The notes under the pieces: generated by a model | Seen by the model: the letters and a program-made list of their open reading frames with translations, nothing else | Database searches by the model: none | Told to the model about the DNA's origin: nothing | Source of the DNA: Candidatus Sumerlaeia bacterium | Lineage (GTDB): Bacteria; Sumerlaeota; Sumerlaeia; SLMS01; JANRJK01 | NCBI GenBank assembly: GCA_033764015.1 | Contig: JANRJK010000038.1 | Coordinates: 1-64,000, forward strand | DNA: 64,000 bases | Direction: 5' to 3' | Position numbers and translations under genes: made by a program | Part shown: positions 39,307-50,311 of the stretch, one piece after another | How positions within the stretch are numbered: position 1 is the stretch's first letter | Layout of the letters: each line of letters starts with the position of its first letter

Positions 39307-42300
39307 TCAGGGGACGATTTCGAGTTCGAGCCGCGGGCGGTCCGCCGCGAGGCGTTCGTTGCCGGAGCCAATGCGGAGCATGTCGCGCTCCCCGTCGTTG
39401 TCGGTGGCGAGGTCGAACACGAGGCGGAACTGCGTGGCGCCGAAGCGGTTCATCGCCGCGAGCGCCGCCGGGGTGAGCTCGATGCAGAACGTCTCGCCGT
39501 CCTCGGAGGGGACCACGGGCGCGGTGGTGGCCGCCTGCGAGATCCATGCGTACGCCTCGTAGTCCTCGCGCTCGAGCGCTTCGCCAAGGCCGAAGAAGGC
39601 GGCCTGGTTGGGGCACACCATCTCGAGCCGGACCTCGCCGAGCGCCGCCGGGTCGCCGACCAGGCCCTTGCGCGTGAGGCAGATGCGCCCGGAGGCGACC
39701 CGCGCCGATGCATAGAGGGAGCCCAGCGTGCTTGTGTCGAACGACAGGACAGCCTTCTGGCCGCCGTTCGACGCATTGTCGCCGACCTCGAGGATCGCGC
39801 TCGCGTTGTCCGTCAGGTTGCCCACCAGCGAACCCGCCTCCGATTCGACCACGACACCGTCGCGGATGCCGTCGGAGTAGATCGGTTCGAGCGGCAACTG
39901 CCCGCCGCTCGCAGGCGGATTGTAGCCGCAACCGTTCGTGCTGGCGAGTTCGGTGCAGACGATCAGCTCCGCGCGGCGGTGCCGGTTCGACGATGTGTGG
40001 CCGCCGGAGCCGAAGAGGATCCGGTCGATCGCCTGGTCGTTGTCGGTCGCGTTGGTGAAGCGGAGCCGGACCTGCACGTTGCCCGTGGGCGGCAGGAGCG
40101 AAACGGCGTCCGCGGGAAGTTCGACGAGGAGCGATTCGCCCTCGGCGAGCTCGGCGATCCGCGCGGCGGGAACCGTCGCGAGCGGCGTGTAGTCCGGTGT
40201 GGCCTCGAAGTCGGAGCGGACCGGGGACGCGCTTGCGCCCGCGAACGGCGTGAACAGCTCGAGCACCAGGTCGCCGAGGCCGGAGAGGTCCTCGGTCCTG
40301 CGGTCGACCGGAAGCCTCAGGGAGGCCCGGGTGATGGTCTGGCCGGGGGCGGCGATGATGAAGCCCAGAAGGCCGCGCTCCTCGCGGTCGAGCTCGTTGT
40401 CGCCGACCTGGGTGCGGCGGCTCGCCAGCAGCACGCTGGAGCCGACGCCCGGGACGGAGCCCGCGTACAGGATGGCGTCCTGGCCGAACTGCGCGTCGAA
40501 GGCGTGGCAGCCGCCGTCGTCCGGCCCGCGGAGGCCGCAGGCATTGAACGGATCCTCCACAACCACCGTCGCGAGGCACGTCGCCGTGGACCCCGTGTCC
40601 AAGGTCGCCGTCACCGTCACCGGCACGATGCCCACATCCGCGCAGGTCAGCTCTGAGCGGCTGAGTTCATAGGTCGCGCGCCCGCAGTTCGACGAGCCGT
40701 CCTTCTCGATGACGTCCCCGGGGGAGATTGTCGCCTCGCCGAACTCATCTAGCTGGATCGTCACCGTCCGGCAGGTCACCGATGGCTCGCCGAGCAGGAC
40801 CGTCACCGTCGCGGAGCAGGTCGCGCTGTTGCCGCTCGCGTCCGTCACGGTCACCGTCACCGTCCGCGGGCCGAGGTCGGCACAGGTCAGGCGGTCGCGG
40901 TCGAGTTCGACAATCGGAGTGCGCCCGCAGTTGTCGGAGACAGACTCGACCACGTCATTCGCGGCGAGAGAGCCGTTCCCTGTCGAGTCGAGCGTCACCG
41001 TCGCATCGCGGCAGACGACCGTCGGAGCGATGCGGTCGACCACCACCACGCTTACGGTGCAGGAGGTGCTGTTGCCGCTCCCGTCGGTGGCGGTGATCGT
41101 TACCGTCTGTGATCCGAGGTCCGCGCAGGTAAAGGCGGACGGCGAGAGCTCCAAGGGGAGCAGCTCGCAATTGTCGCCGGGCGCAGTGAGCAGGAGGAAC
41201 TCCGCGAGGTCGCCCACGGTGCCGTCGGCGCCGAGGGGAATCTCGACAACCTCGTTCGAGGGAACGCAAAGGAGCCCCGGCGGCGTCTCGTCGCGGACGG
41301 TCACCGTGGCTGTGCACGTGGAGGTGGCGCCGTTGCCGTCGAACAGTGTGAGGGTGACGACGTTCGGGCCGATGTTCTGGCAGAAGAACTGGTTCGGGCT
41401 CACTTCGATGAACGACCGTCCGACGCAGGGGACGTTCGAGAGCGAGCCGACATCGGCGGCCTCGATCGCGGCCATGCCGGCGGCGTCCAGGTCCATGGTG
41501 ATGTCGTTGCACGTGAGGAGCGGGGCCGGTTCGCGGACCGTGACCGTCGCGGAGCAAGTCGCCGTGTTGCCGGCTGCGTCGGAAACCGTGAGAACCGTGA
41601 ACGGCTGGCCGATGTCCGAGCAGGAGAACGTGTCGCGCGACAGCGCGAGGCTCGCGACCGCAATGTTGTCCGTGCTGCCGCCATCCACATCCTCCGCCGC
41701 GAGCGACCCCGAGCCGGTGACCGGATCGAGCGTCACCGTCACGTCTTGGCAGATCGCAGTCGGCGGCGTGGTGTCGACCGTTTCGCCGGTGCCCTTCGCG
41801 ACGACCGGAAGTTTCGTCGAGCCACCAAGGTTGTCATCCACGACAAGGAATCCGCTGAAGGGACCCGTCACGGAGGGGTCCACCGTGACCAAGATGTCGA
41901 AGAATGCGTCGGGGACGAGCGTCTCCGAGTAGTTCGGCGCGAGTTCGAATCCGACGCCACCGGAGGAGAAGATGTCGGTGATCTGGAGGACGCCGCATCC
42001 GGTGTTGGTGATCCGGAAGGACTGCGGGGCCGAGGGCCCGGCGTCGATGTCCACATCGCCGAAGTCGAGGAAGTCGGGCGAGTAGCTGAAGAGCGCCGTG
42101 CCCGCGGTCACCTGCGAGCGGTCGAGCGTCACCTGCGCCGTGCCCGTCGACGAGTTCCCGCCGCGGTCGGTCGCGGTGACGGTGACCGTGTAGGGGCCGG
42201 GGCCGTCTTCACAGTTGAACAGGTTCGGATCGACGGTCAGGCCCTCAAGGCCGCACAGCTCGAAGCTGTTGTCCTCGTCGAACACTTGGAATGCCGGGAG

Positions 42301-44931
42301 CGTACCCGTGCCGTCCGGTTCGAGCGTAAGCGTGGCGTCGCGCGTCGCGACCACCGGCGGCGTGCCGTCCAGAATGGTCACCATGGAGATCGCTGTCGCG
42401 GTGTTGCCGCTGGTGTCCGTGGCGGTGATCGTCACGGGTTCGATGCCGCCCACATCGTTGCAGCTCACGAAGTCGCGCGTGAGCTCCACCGATTCGATGC
42501 CGCAGTTGTCAAAGACAGGCTCCGCTAGGAGGTCTTCCGTGTTGAGCGGTTCGCCGGTGCTGTTGACGAGCGTAATTGTGAAGTCCCGCGCGAGTACCGT
42601 CGGAGGCGCCGTGTCGAAGACGGTCACCGACGAGGTGCCGGTCGACGAGTTACCTGACGGGTCGGTCACGGTGAACGTGACCACGGTCGGGCCAGAGGCC
42701 GGCGTTGTCAGGTCTTCGCAGGTGAAGTCGAAGGAAGGCGGGTCGAGGGTATCGACGCCGCACCCATCGTCCCGGGAGTCGAAGAGGTCCTGTGTGTCGA
42801 CGCTTGCCTGGCCGGACGCATCCAGTTCGACAGTCACATCCAAGGTAACGAACGAAGGCGGTGTCACGTCGCGGATGAAGACCGTCGAGACGCAGGTGGT
42901 CGAGTTGCCGGCATCGTCCTCTGCCGTGACTGTGACGGTCTGGAAGCCGAGGTCGTCGCAGTCGAAAGACTCGCGGTCGATGTAGAGGTCCTCGACGCGG
43001 CAGTTGTCGAACGCATTCATTCCGTTCGTGTCCGCGCTGGCGAGGAAGACGCCGCCCTCGAAGGCGCTGCCGAACGCTTCCAACTCTTCCGCAAGAGCCC
43101 CGTCGCGGCCGTTGAAGATGCGCACCCGCGGCGGCGCGCCGGTCGCCACGGCCGCGAAAACCTCGGCGAAGCCGTCGCCATTGATGTCTCCAGAGGCGAC
43201 GTTGATCCCGCCGCCGAAGTCGGATTCGAACGCGAAGAAGGTGTCGAGGAACTGGAAGGGCGGCGACGCGTTCTTGGCGTCGAAGATGCGGAAGCCGGAG
43301 GTGCCGCCGGGGCCTTGGCCAGCGATCACGTCGGCGAATCCGTCGCCGTTCACGTCGCCGGCAGCCACGTTGACGCCGCCGGTGAAGCCAAGTCCGTAAG
43401 CGAAGAAGGAGTGCACCTCGGTCGCCGTCCCGCCTGCGAGCGCCGCGCCGTCGAACACCTTCACGTGCGGCGGTCCGCCGGCGCCGGCGCCGACGATCAC
43501 GTCCGCGCGCCCATCGCCATCGATGTCGCCCGCTGCGACGCTGACGCCGCCGGAGAATCCGCTGTCGAACGCGAAGAAGTCCGCCACCGGGGCTGGCGAG
43601 CCCGCCGCCGCCGAGGCGCCGTCGAACACGCGCACACGGGGACCGCCGCCGGCGCCGGCGCCGACGACGATCTCCGCGATGCCATCGCCATTCAGGTCAC
43701 CCGCGGCCACGAACACCCCGCCGCTGAAACCAGCGTCGAAGGCGAAGAAGTCCGAAATGGTGGCACCGCCGACTGGAATCCCCGAGAACGCCCGCACATG
43801 CGGGCCGCCCCCCGGACCTGCGCCAACAATCAACTCTGCGAGGCCATCGCCATCGAGGTCGCCGGCCGCTACGCGCACGCCCCCCGTGAAACCGGCGGCG
43901 AACGGCGAGAATGGAAGCGGCTCTTCGTTTTCGTCATCGAACACGCGAACCGAACCACCCGGCGCTCCGGGTCCCGTCCCGACCACGAGATCCGCGAACG
44001 GCGACGGCACCCGCGCGAGGAAGTCCTCCGGGCCTAGTCTTGCAAGGGAGCCTCCCCGTCCCAAATCGAGCGTGACGTCGCGGCACACGATCACCGGGGG
44101 AGTCGTGTCCTGCACGAAGACCGAAGCCAGGCAGGTGGAAGAGTTGCCCGCCTCGTCCGCGGCCGTGAGCTCCACCGTCTGGAACCCGGTGTCGCTGCAG
44201 GTGAAGTAATGGGGCTGAACCGACAGAGAGACGAAACCGAAGTTATCCGTGCTGCCGCCGTCGACGTCTTCAGCGCTGAACTCGGCAAACCCGGACGGGG
44301 CGATCTCCACGGTGATGTCTTGGCAAACCGCATCGGGGGGCTCGGTGTCCGCCGGCTCGTTCACAACGATCACGTTGCCGGTGCCATTGTTCTGGCGAAA
44401 CTCCGGCTCCTCGCCCAGATCGTTCACGGCGTCGAGAAGGAGGATCAGGAAGTAGTTTCCTTCACACGGCGCGCCGCGGGACACGGTGATCGGGACCACG
44501 ATGGACTGCTTGCCCTCCACGGTGGTGTTGCGCGGCGGCTTCGGGACGCCCGGACGGAGGAGATCCGTCGGGAGAGTGGCAAGGACTTGGGCCTCGTAGT
44601 AGTACAGGTCGGGGCCTACTTCCGTCAGGTCGCTAAAGACCGTCGAGGCATCCGCGAGGAGCTGCTCGCTGTCGTCAAGCACGCCGGTCTGCGAAATGTA
44701 GATTTCGTCCACCCAGCGTGTGTCACCGGGGAGCGCTGGGCCCCTGTATTCGGCGGGCCAACTGAGCAGGATCTGGTCGCCGGGCAGGTACTCGCAGCGG
44801 TCGGTGAGAAGTACTTCGGCTGAGAGGTCGCCCTGTACGCGGCCTCCGGCGGGCGCTAAGGACGGCGCACCGCTGAAGAGGAGGGCGGCCAACATGGCGG
44901 AAAGCCGCAATCCGGGAAAGGATGCATTCAT
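39307..44931 (-). CDS. Large secreted multidomain protein (1874 aa): Cys-containing HYR/Ig-like repeats, FG-GAP propeller, ASH/choice-of-anchor-D-like domain and a duplicated C-terminal beta domain
   Basis: Signal peptide. About 8 repeats of DxTPPxxxCxDxTVxL...DNC...FxCxDxG...TDxxGNSxTC. Repeated FxGGVxVAAGDxxGDGxAxxxVGAG units. LDFGDVDI...FRITNTG domain. Confidence 0.85.
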   Translation of the reverse strand: MNASFPGLRLSAMLAALLFSGAPSLAPAGGRVQGDLSAEVLLTDRCEYLPGDQILLSWPAEYRGPALPGDTRWVDEIYISQTGVLDDSEQLLADASTVFSDLTEVGPDLYYYEAQVLATLPTDLLRPGVPKPPRNTTVEGKQSIVVPITVSRGAPCEGNYFLILLLDAVNDLGEEPEFRQNNGTGNVIVVNEPADTEPPDAVCQDITVEIAPSGFAEFSAEDVDGGSTDNFGFVSLSVQPHYFTCSDTGFQTVELTAADEAGNSSTCLASVFVQDTTPPVIVCRDVTLDLGRGGSLARLGPEDFLARVPSPFADLVVGTGPGAPGGSVRVFDDENEEPLPFSPFAAGFTGGVRVAAGDLDGDGLAELIVGAGPGGGPHVRAFSGIPVGGATISDFFAFDAGFSGGVFVAAGDLNGDGIAEIVVGAGAGGGPRVRVFDGASAAAGSPAPVADFFAFDSGFSGGVSVAAGDIDGDGRADVIVGAGAGGPPHVKVFDGAALAGGTATEVHSFFAYGLGFTGGVNVAAGDVNGDGFADVIAGQGPGGTSGFRIFDAKNASPPFQFLDTFFAFESDFGGGINVASGDINGDGFAEVFAAVATGAPPRVRIFNGRDGALAEELEAFGSAFEGGVFLASADTNGMNAFDNCRVEDLYIDRESFDCDDLGFQTVTVTAEDDAGNSTTCVSTVFIRDVTPPSFVTLDVTVELDASGQASVDTQDLFDSRDDGCGVDTLDPPSFDFTCEDLTTPASGPTVVTFTVTDPSGNSSTGTSSVTVFDTAPPTVLARDFTITLVNSTGEPLNTEDLLAEPVFDNCGIESVELTRDFVSCNDVGGIEPVTITATDTSGNTATAISMVTILDGTPPVVATRDATLTLEPDGTGTLPAFQVFDEDNSFELCGLEGLTVDPNLFNCEDGPGPYTVTVTATDRGGNSSTGTAQVTLDRSQVTAGTALFSYSPDFLDFGDVDIDAGPSAPQSFRITNTGCGVLQITDIFSSGGVGFELAPNYSETLVPDAFFDILVTVDPSVTGPFSGFLVVDDNLGGSTKLPVVAKGTGETVDTTPPTAICQDVTVTLDPVTGSGSLAAEDVDGGSTDNIAVASLALSRDTFSCSDIGQPFTVLTVSDAAGNTATCSATVTVREPAPLLTCNDITMDLDAAGMAAIEAADVGSLSNVPCVGRSFIEVSPNQFFCQNIGPNVVTLTLFDGNGATSTCTATVTVRDETPPGLLCVPSNEVVEIPLGADGTVGDLAEFLLLTAPGDNCELLPLELSPSAFTCADLGSQTVTITATDGSGNSTSCTVSVVVVDRIAPTVVCRDATVTLDSTGNGSLAANDVVESVSDNCGRTPIVELDRDRLTCADLGPRTVTVTVTDASGNSATCSATVTVLLGEPSVTCRTVTIQLDEFGEATISPGDVIEKDGSSNCGRATYELSRSELTCADVGIVPVTVTATLDTGSTATCLATVVVEDPFNACGLRGPDDGGCHAFDAQFGQDAILYAGSVPGVGSSVLLASRRTQVGDNELDREERGLLGFIIAAPGQTITRASLRLPVDRRTEDLSGLGDLVLELFTPFAGASASPVRSDFEATPDYTPLATVPAARIAELAEGESLLVELPADAVSLLPPTGNVQVRLRFTNATDNDQAIDRILFGSGGHTSSNRHRRAELIVCTELASTNGCGYNPPASGGQLPLEPIYSDGIRDGVVVESEAGSLVGNLTDNASAILEVGDNASNGGQKAVLSFDTSTLGSLYASARVASGRICLTRKGLVGDPAALGEVRLEMVCPNQAAFFGLGEALEREDYEAYAWISQAATTAPVVPSEDGETFCIELTPAALAAMNRFGATQFRLVFDLATDNDGERDMLRIGSGNERLAADRPRLELEIVP

Positions 44932-45142
44932 TTTTTCTGTCCTACGGTTGGATTATCGAAAGGATGCCGGAAACACCCTTCGGAGGCAACCCGGGATGGG
45001 CCCGGCGCAAGAGTCTTAACTCTTTTCATATCAGTGCTACACGAAGAGCGCGGGGCGGAATCGCCGATTCACCACATCCCGATTTCCCCATTCTTGGCGA
45101 ATCGATGCGGACCAGCCTCCGACTTCATCGCCACGAACCGGC

Positions 45143-47149
45143 TCAGTTCGCGGCCCGGGCCATCGCCTCCGCCACCGCCGACGCCAGCTTTACGGTCATC
45201 CCCGGCGCCGCGGCCAAGTCCCCCAGCGACGCCGCGCGGATGCGCGCAACGCTGCCGAAGTGCTTCAGCAGCTTGCGCTGCCGCACCGGGCCGAGGCCCG
45301 CGATGCCCTCGAGGCCAGTCTTGAGCGATGCCATCGAGCGTTGCTTGCGGTGGAACGTGACTCCGAAGCGGTGCGCCTCGTCGCGGATGCGCATCAGGAG
45401 GAAGAGCGCCGGGTTGGCGCGGGTGAAGAAGACCGGGTTCTTGCGCCCCGGGAGGAACACGCGCTCCTCGCTGCGGGGCGCGACGGTGGTGCCGCGGCTC
45501 GATGCGAGGATGCGCGACTTCGCGAGGCCGATCACGGGGAAGCGACCCAGCGCGCCGGCCTCACGGAGCGCTTCGCAGGCCGCGTTGAGCTGCCCCTTGC
45601 CGCCGTCGATCACGACGAGGTCCGGCAGCTCGCCCCCTTCCGCGAGGACGCGCGCGTACCGGCGGCGGACCACCTCGCGCATCATCGCGAAGTCGTCCTG
45701 CCCTTCGACTGCTTTGATCTTGAAGTGGCGGTAATCCGCCTTCGAGGGCTCGCCCTCGATGAAGCACGTCATCGACGCGACGGGGAAGCTGCCTTGGAAG
45801 TTCGAGATGTCGAAGCACTCGATTCGGCGTGGCAGCCTCGGGAGCGAGAGGGCGCGCTGGAGGTCGTCGAGGATCGCGTCGCGCGTCTTCTCCCCCGCCA
45901 AGAGGCGGTCGAGCGTCTCGGATCCGTTCGCGAGGGCGAGTTCGATCACGCGCCGCTTGTCGCCGCGCTCGGGCGTCTTGAGGCGCACGGGGCCGCCGCG
46001 CAGTTCCGCGAGGAGCGCGGCGACCGTCGCCGGGTCGGCGGGCGGATGGCTGGTGAGCACGTCGCGGGGGACCGCGCGCGAGGAGTCGTAGTGCTGCAGG
46101 AGGAACGACTCCATCACATCGCGGTCGTCCTGGCCGTGGTCCTTGAATGAGCTGTGGCGCGTATCCTCGAGGCGCCCCGCGCGGAAGTAGAGCACGGTGA
46201 ACAGCATCCAGCCGCGGGAGCGGTGGAGCGCCACCACGTCCCGGTCGAAGGCGCGGTGGGACTGCACCTTCTCCTGCTCGACGGTGCGGCGGATTGCGCG
46301 CAGGCGGTCGCGGACCAGCGCCGCCTTCTCGAATTCGAGGGTTTCGCTGAACTCCATCATACGCTCTTCGAGCAGGCGGAGCACCTCGTCGCGGCGGCCC
46401 TTCAGGAAGAGGACGGTCGCCTCGACGTGGCGGCGGTACTCGGCGGCGTCGGCCTTGCCGACGCAGGGCGCGGCGCAGCGCCCGATCTGGTGGAGGATGC
46501 AGGGGCGGCTGCGATTGTGCAGCACCGTGTCCGGGCAGGAGCGGATCGGGAAAAGGCGCTGCAGGAAGCGCATCGTCTCCTTCACCGAGGAGCTGCTGGC
46601 GTAGGGGCCGAAGTAGAGCGCCTTGTCGCCCGCGCGGCGGCGCCGGATGCGGTGCAGGCGGGGCCACTCCGCGGCGGGGTCGAGGCGCAGCGAGACGTAG
46701 GTCTTATCGTCGCGCAGCCGGATGTTGTACCGGGGGCGGTGCTTCTTGATGAGCGTGTTCTCGAGAAGGAGCGCCTCCTTCTCGGTGTCGGTGACGATGA
46801 AGTCGACGGTGTGGATCTGGCGCTGGAGGTACTCGACGAATGCGCGGCCGTCGCCGCCGGGGCGGAAGTAGGAACGGACGCGGATGCGGAGGTTCTGCGC
46901 CTTGCCGACGTAGAGGATCACGCCGCGCGCGTCGCGCATCAGGTACACGCCGGGGTTCGCGGGGAGCAGCGCGGTGCGTTGCTCGAGCGTGGCGTCGTCG
47001 AGCAGCTCCGGCGTGGCTTCGAGGGTCGCGGCGACGGTCGAAGGGGGCGCCTCCGCGTCCTCGTCTTCGCCCGAGAGGTCGTCGCCCTCGGGCGAGAGCG
47101 ACGCCTCCCAGTCGATCGGCGCGGGGGGCTTGCGGCGTTTCGTCGGCAA
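45143..47149 (-). CDS. uvrC: Excinuclease ABC subunit C (start uncertain)
   Basis: GIY-YIG (PGVYLM...ILYVGKA), UVR domain, RIECFDISN, IDGGKGQ, RDEAHRF and a C-terminal HhH. Confidence 0.96.
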   Translation of the reverse strand: MPTKRRKPPAPIDWEASLSPEGDDLSGEDEDAEAPPSTVAATLEATPELLDDATLEQRTALLPANPGVYLMRDARGVILYVGKAQNLRIRVRSYFRPGGDGRAFVEYLQRQIHTVDFIVTDTEKEALLLENTLIKKHRPRYNIRLRDDKTYVSLRLDPAAEWPRLHRIRRRRAGDKALYFGPYASSSSVKETMRFLQRLFPIRSCPDTVLHNRSRPCILHQIGRCAAPCVGKADAAEYRRHVEATVLFLKGRRDEVLRLLEERMMEFSETLEFEKAALVRDRLRAIRRTVEQEKVQSHRAFDRDVVALHRSRGWMLFTVLYFRAGRLEDTRHSSFKDHGQDDRDVMESFLLQHYDSSRAVPRDVLTSHPPADPATVAALLAELRGGPVRLKTPERGDKRRVIELALANGSETLDRLLAGEKTRDAILDDLQRALSLPRLPRRIECFDISNFQGSFPVASMTCFIEGEPSKADYRHFKIKAVEGQDDFAMMREVVRRRYARVLAEGGELPDLVVIDGGKGQLNAACEALREAGALGRFPVIGLAKSRILASSRGTTVAPRSEERVFLPGRKNPVFFTRANPALFLLMRIRDEAHRFGVTFHRKQRSMASLKTGLEGIAGLGPVRQRKLLKHFGSVARIRAASLGDLAAAPGMTVKLASAVAEAMARAAN

Positions 47150-47183
47150 GGTGCGGGGGCCTTTGCGCGCCGCGGGGCGCGGG

Positions 47184-47708
47184 CTACTTCTTCTTCTTGC
47201 CGGGCTTGCGGTCCGCCTTCTTCGGCTCGGCGGTCAGGGAGAAGCGGGCGGAGTGCCGGTCGTACTCGCGGAGGTAGCCGGTGAACTCGCGGCGGTGCTC
47301 CTCCTCGTCCGCGAGGTGGCGGATGGCGAGGTCCTGGGTGACGTAGTCGCTGCCTTCGGCGAGCGCGATGATCTTCTTGTACTGGGCGATGGCGCCCTCC
47401 TCCGCCTCGATCACGCCCTTGATGACGGAGAGCAGGTCGGTGGTGTCCTGCGGCGGCTGCAGCGAGTGCTGGTCGAAGTTGATCTCGAGGGAGCCCGGCA
47501 CCGTGCCGCCGATGGTCTTGATGCGGTTCGCCAGCGCGGTGGCGTGGCCGAGTTCCGAGGGGATGTCCTTGGCGAGGGCGCTCTTCACCTCCTCGGCGAG
47601 GAGGCCATCGAGGTGGACGGAGTTCGCCAGGTAGTTGGCGAGCGTCTCCAGTTCCATTTCGTAAGCGCGCCGCAGCGCGGCGATGAGGAGGGTTGTGGAT
47701 TCGGACAT
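47184..47708 (-). CDS. Ferritin-like (bacterioferritin/Dps-like) protein
   Basis: ELETLANY, ELGHA, EAEEGAIAQY and DEEEH form a di-iron four-helix pattern. Confidence 0.85.
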   Translation of the reverse strand: MSESTTLLIAALRRAYEMELETLANYLANSVHLDGLLAEEVKSALAKDIPSELGHATALANRIKTIGGTVPGSLEINFDQHSLQPPQDTTDLLSVIKGVIEAEEGAIAQYKKIIALAEGSDYVTQDLAIRHLADEEEHRREFTGYLREYDRHSARFSLTAEPKKADRKPGKKKK

Positions 47709-47772
47709 GGGGCGGCACCTCTTGGGGGTGTCGCCACGGTGCGCCCCGCGGGGGCGGGGCGCAAGCCGGGGG

Positions 47773-48663
47773 TTAGGGAGAGGCGGGCGCCCGCTCGCGG
47801 TCGTAGGCGTCCATGTCGACGCCGAGGCGCTGGAGCTGGACGCGGGCGGTGGCGGCGACCGTGAAGGCGCCGGCGCGCTGGCGGAGCTGGTCCATGATCA
47901 TCTGCGCCTGCGTCGTGATCTTCGCGGGATCGGCGGGGTCCGGCTGGAGCGAGGCGCGCGCGTCGTAGGTCTCCTTGTAGAGCGCGATCGCCTGCTCGTT
48001 GCGGCCGTAGGCGGCGTTGAGCCGGGCGAGCGCGTTGGTCGCTTCGTACTTCAGGTAGCCGACGCCCTCCAGCTTGCGGACCGCGTCGTACGCCTCGAGG
48101 GCGGGCTGCAGGAGGCTCTGGTCGTCGCTGAGGAAGAGGCGGTTCTCGTAGGCGTAGCCGAGGGCGAGGCGCCCGAGCGCCTCCTCCCAGGGGGAGACGG
48201 CCTCCTGGATAAACTGCTCGTAGAGCCGGATGGCTTCGGCGTTGTTCGTGGTCGTGCCGAGCTGGTCGCCGGCGAAGAAGTACGCGTCGGCCTGCAGGAG
48301 GAGGGCGGTGTGGGCGATCGGCTTGCCGGGGAACTTCTGGATCACCTCGGCGGCCTTCTCGCGCGCCGCGCGCATCAGCTCGGCGCGTTCCGGCGAGGCC
48401 CAGGCGGTTTCGCCGATCGCCTTGCGGAAGGACTCCTGTCCCTCGGACAGGATGTCGTTCGCCTCGGCGACCTTCGCGGCCTGGTAGTTCTTCCACAGGG
48501 TCACGCCCGCGTAGCCGAAGACGACGGCGGCGGCGGCGTAGAGGATGAACCGCCCGTACTTGCTGAGCCAGACCAGGAACAGCTCGATGCGCAGCTCGAA
48601 GTCGTTCTTCTCGGGTTCGAGGGCGACTGCGGGGGGCTGCTTCTTCGTGATCGTTTCGGACAT
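47773..48663 (-). CDS. Membrane-anchored TPR protein (YfgM-like)
   Basis: A single N-terminal transmembrane segment followed by TPR-like helices. Confidence 0.7.
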   Translation of the reverse strand: MSETITKKQPPAVALEPEKNDFELRIELFLVWLSKYGRFILYAAAAVVFGYAGVTLWKNYQAAKVAEANDILSEGQESFRKAIGETAWASPERAELMRAAREKAAEVIQKFPGKPIAHTALLLQADAYFFAGDQLGTTTNNAEAIRLYEQFIQEAVSPWEEALGRLALGYAYENRLFLSDDQSLLQPALEAYDAVRKLEGVGYLKYEATNALARLNAAYGRNEQAIALYKETYDARASLQPDPADPAKITTQAQMIMDQLRQRAGAFTVAATARVQLQRLGVDMDAYDRERAPASP

Positions 48664-48767
48664 GGGGCTGTGTGGAGGCTTCCGGGTCGGGTGTGGCCGC
48701 GTGCTTGCGGCTCAAACGTGCGAGGATTTGTTGGCGCCGCGGCGCCGAGCAACAGGATTCGGGGCGG

Positions 48768-49832
48768 CTACGCGCCGGCGGCGGTTGGCTCGGGCTCCGG
48801 CGACGGCGCGGGCTCCGCGGCGGTCGTGGCGCGCGTGAGGTCCTTCAACGTGGCGTCGAGCCATTGGCGCTGCTTGTTGACCAGGTCCGCGGAGACGCCC
48901 TCCGCGGCGACCCGGATGGCGTTCATGTAGGCCTTCTCGCCGGCGCTGCCATGGGCGATGATGCAGACGCCGTTCACGCCGAGCAGCGGCGCGCCGCCCA
49001 GATGCTCGTGGTCCGTGCGCCGCTTTATCGACATGATCGCGGGCTTGAGGAGCCAGCCGGCGATCGTCGCCCGCAGGCTCTTCTCCGCCTCGCGCTTCAG
49101 CGATTGCATCACCAGCTTGGCGGTGCCTTCCGCGGTCTTCAGCATCACGTTCCCGACGAAGCCGTCGCACACCAGCACGTCGAAGTCGCCGGTGAAGGCG
49201 TCGCGTCCCTCGGCGTTGCCGAGGAAGTTGAGGCGCGTCTGGCGGAGTAGCGCGGCCGTCGCCAGAGACTGCTCGTTCCCCTTCGTCTCCTCCTCGCCGA
49301 TGCTCACCACGCCGATGCGCGGGTTGCGGCGGTGGAGGACCTCCTGGGCGTAGCAGGCGCCCATGGCGGCGAAGTTCACGAGCTGGTGTGGCTTGGCGTC
49401 GACCACCGCGCCGGAGTCGATCACGACGACGCGTCCGTCGATCGAGGGGAGGAGCGTCGCGATGGCGGGCTTCTTGATCGGCGGGATCGTGCGCCAACTC
49501 ATGAGGACGCGGGCGACCACCGCGCCGGTGTTGCCGGCGGAGACGAGTGCGTCCGCTTCCCCGTTCTTGACGAGCTCCGCGGCAACCGCGAGCGAGCTGC
49601 GGCGCTTGCGCAGCGACTCGCTCGGGTTGTCGAGCATGGTGACGACCTCCGGCGCGTCCACGACGTGGATGCGGGGGTCGTCCACGCGGAGCGCGGAGAG
49701 CAGGCGGCGGAGGTGCCGTTCACGGCCCACCACGAACACTTCGACGTCGAATTTCCGGGCGGCCATGACCGCGCCCTGCACGGCGGGGCGCGGTCCGAGG
49801 TCACCACCCATGGCGTCGACAGCGATCTTCAT
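48768..49832 (-). CDS. plsX: Phosphate acyltransferase PlsX
   Basis: MKIAVDAMGGD, SAGNTGA, GEEETKGN, DGFVGNV and GGAPLLG motifs. Downstream of rpmF. Confidence 0.96.
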   Translation of the reverse strand: MKIAVDAMGGDLGPRPAVQGAVMAARKFDVEVFVVGRERHLRRLLSALRVDDPRIHVVDAPEVVTMLDNPSESLRKRRSSLAVAAELVKNGEADALVSAGNTGAVVARVLMSWRTIPPIKKPAIATLLPSIDGRVVVIDSGAVVDAKPHQLVNFAAMGACYAQEVLHRRNPRIGVVSIGEEETKGNEQSLATAALLRQTRLNFLGNAEGRDAFTGDFDVLVCDGFVGNVMLKTAEGTAKLVMQSLKREAEKSLRATIAGWLLKPAIMSIKRRTDHEHLGGAPLLGVNGVCIIAHGSAGEKAYMNAIRVAAEGVSADLVNKQRQWLDATLKDLTRATTAAEPAPSPEPEPTAAGA

Positions 49833-49906
49833 GGACGACTCCAGGAAAAAAAAACCGCGGGAAACCACGCCCCGCGGGGTTGAATTCCCAGATTACCGCG
49901 GGGCGG

Positions 49907-50095
49907 TCAGGTCGTGGGGGCTCCGGTCTTGCGCACAAGCACCTTCTTGTAGTGGCCGCAGAAGGGGCAGATGCGGTGGGCGAGCTTCGCGGCGCCGCAG
50001 TTGTCGCAGGACACCGTGAACTTCGCGTAGAGCTTCTTATGGGCACGGTCCTTCCCTTGGCGGGAGCGTCCGTGGCGTCTTCTTGGTACGGGCAT
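49907..50095 (-). CDS. rpmF: 50S ribosomal protein L32 (zinc-ribbon type)
   Basis: MPVPRRRHGRSR...CDNCG...HRICPFCGHY. Confidence 0.95.
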   Translation of the reverse strand: MPVPRRRHGRSRQGKDRAHKKLYAKFTVSCDNCGAAKLAHRICPFCGHYKKVLVRKTGAPTT

Positions 50096-50311
50096 GTCGG
50101 TACAGGTCCTTGGCTGAGAACTCAAGCGCGGCAGGGTGGGACGATGGCGGAGGCACGGTCAAGCCCGATTTCTTGACTGCGCGGATCGTGCGCGGACTTC
50201 CCCCTTGCCAAACGCCCCACCGGGCGGCGGTAACAACCGCGTCCGGCGGCGGCCAGCCCGCCCCGGCGCAGCGACCCGGGACCCTCCACCCCGAACCCCA
50301 TTGCCAACCCT

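Noticed and set aside
39188..40579. Apparent 464-aa N-terminal fusion to acetyl-CoA synthetase; similar extensions on nadD (11972) and the kinase (62640)
   Set aside because: The extensions are off-frame read-through of upstream genes. The true starts are 39187, 13256 and 61959.
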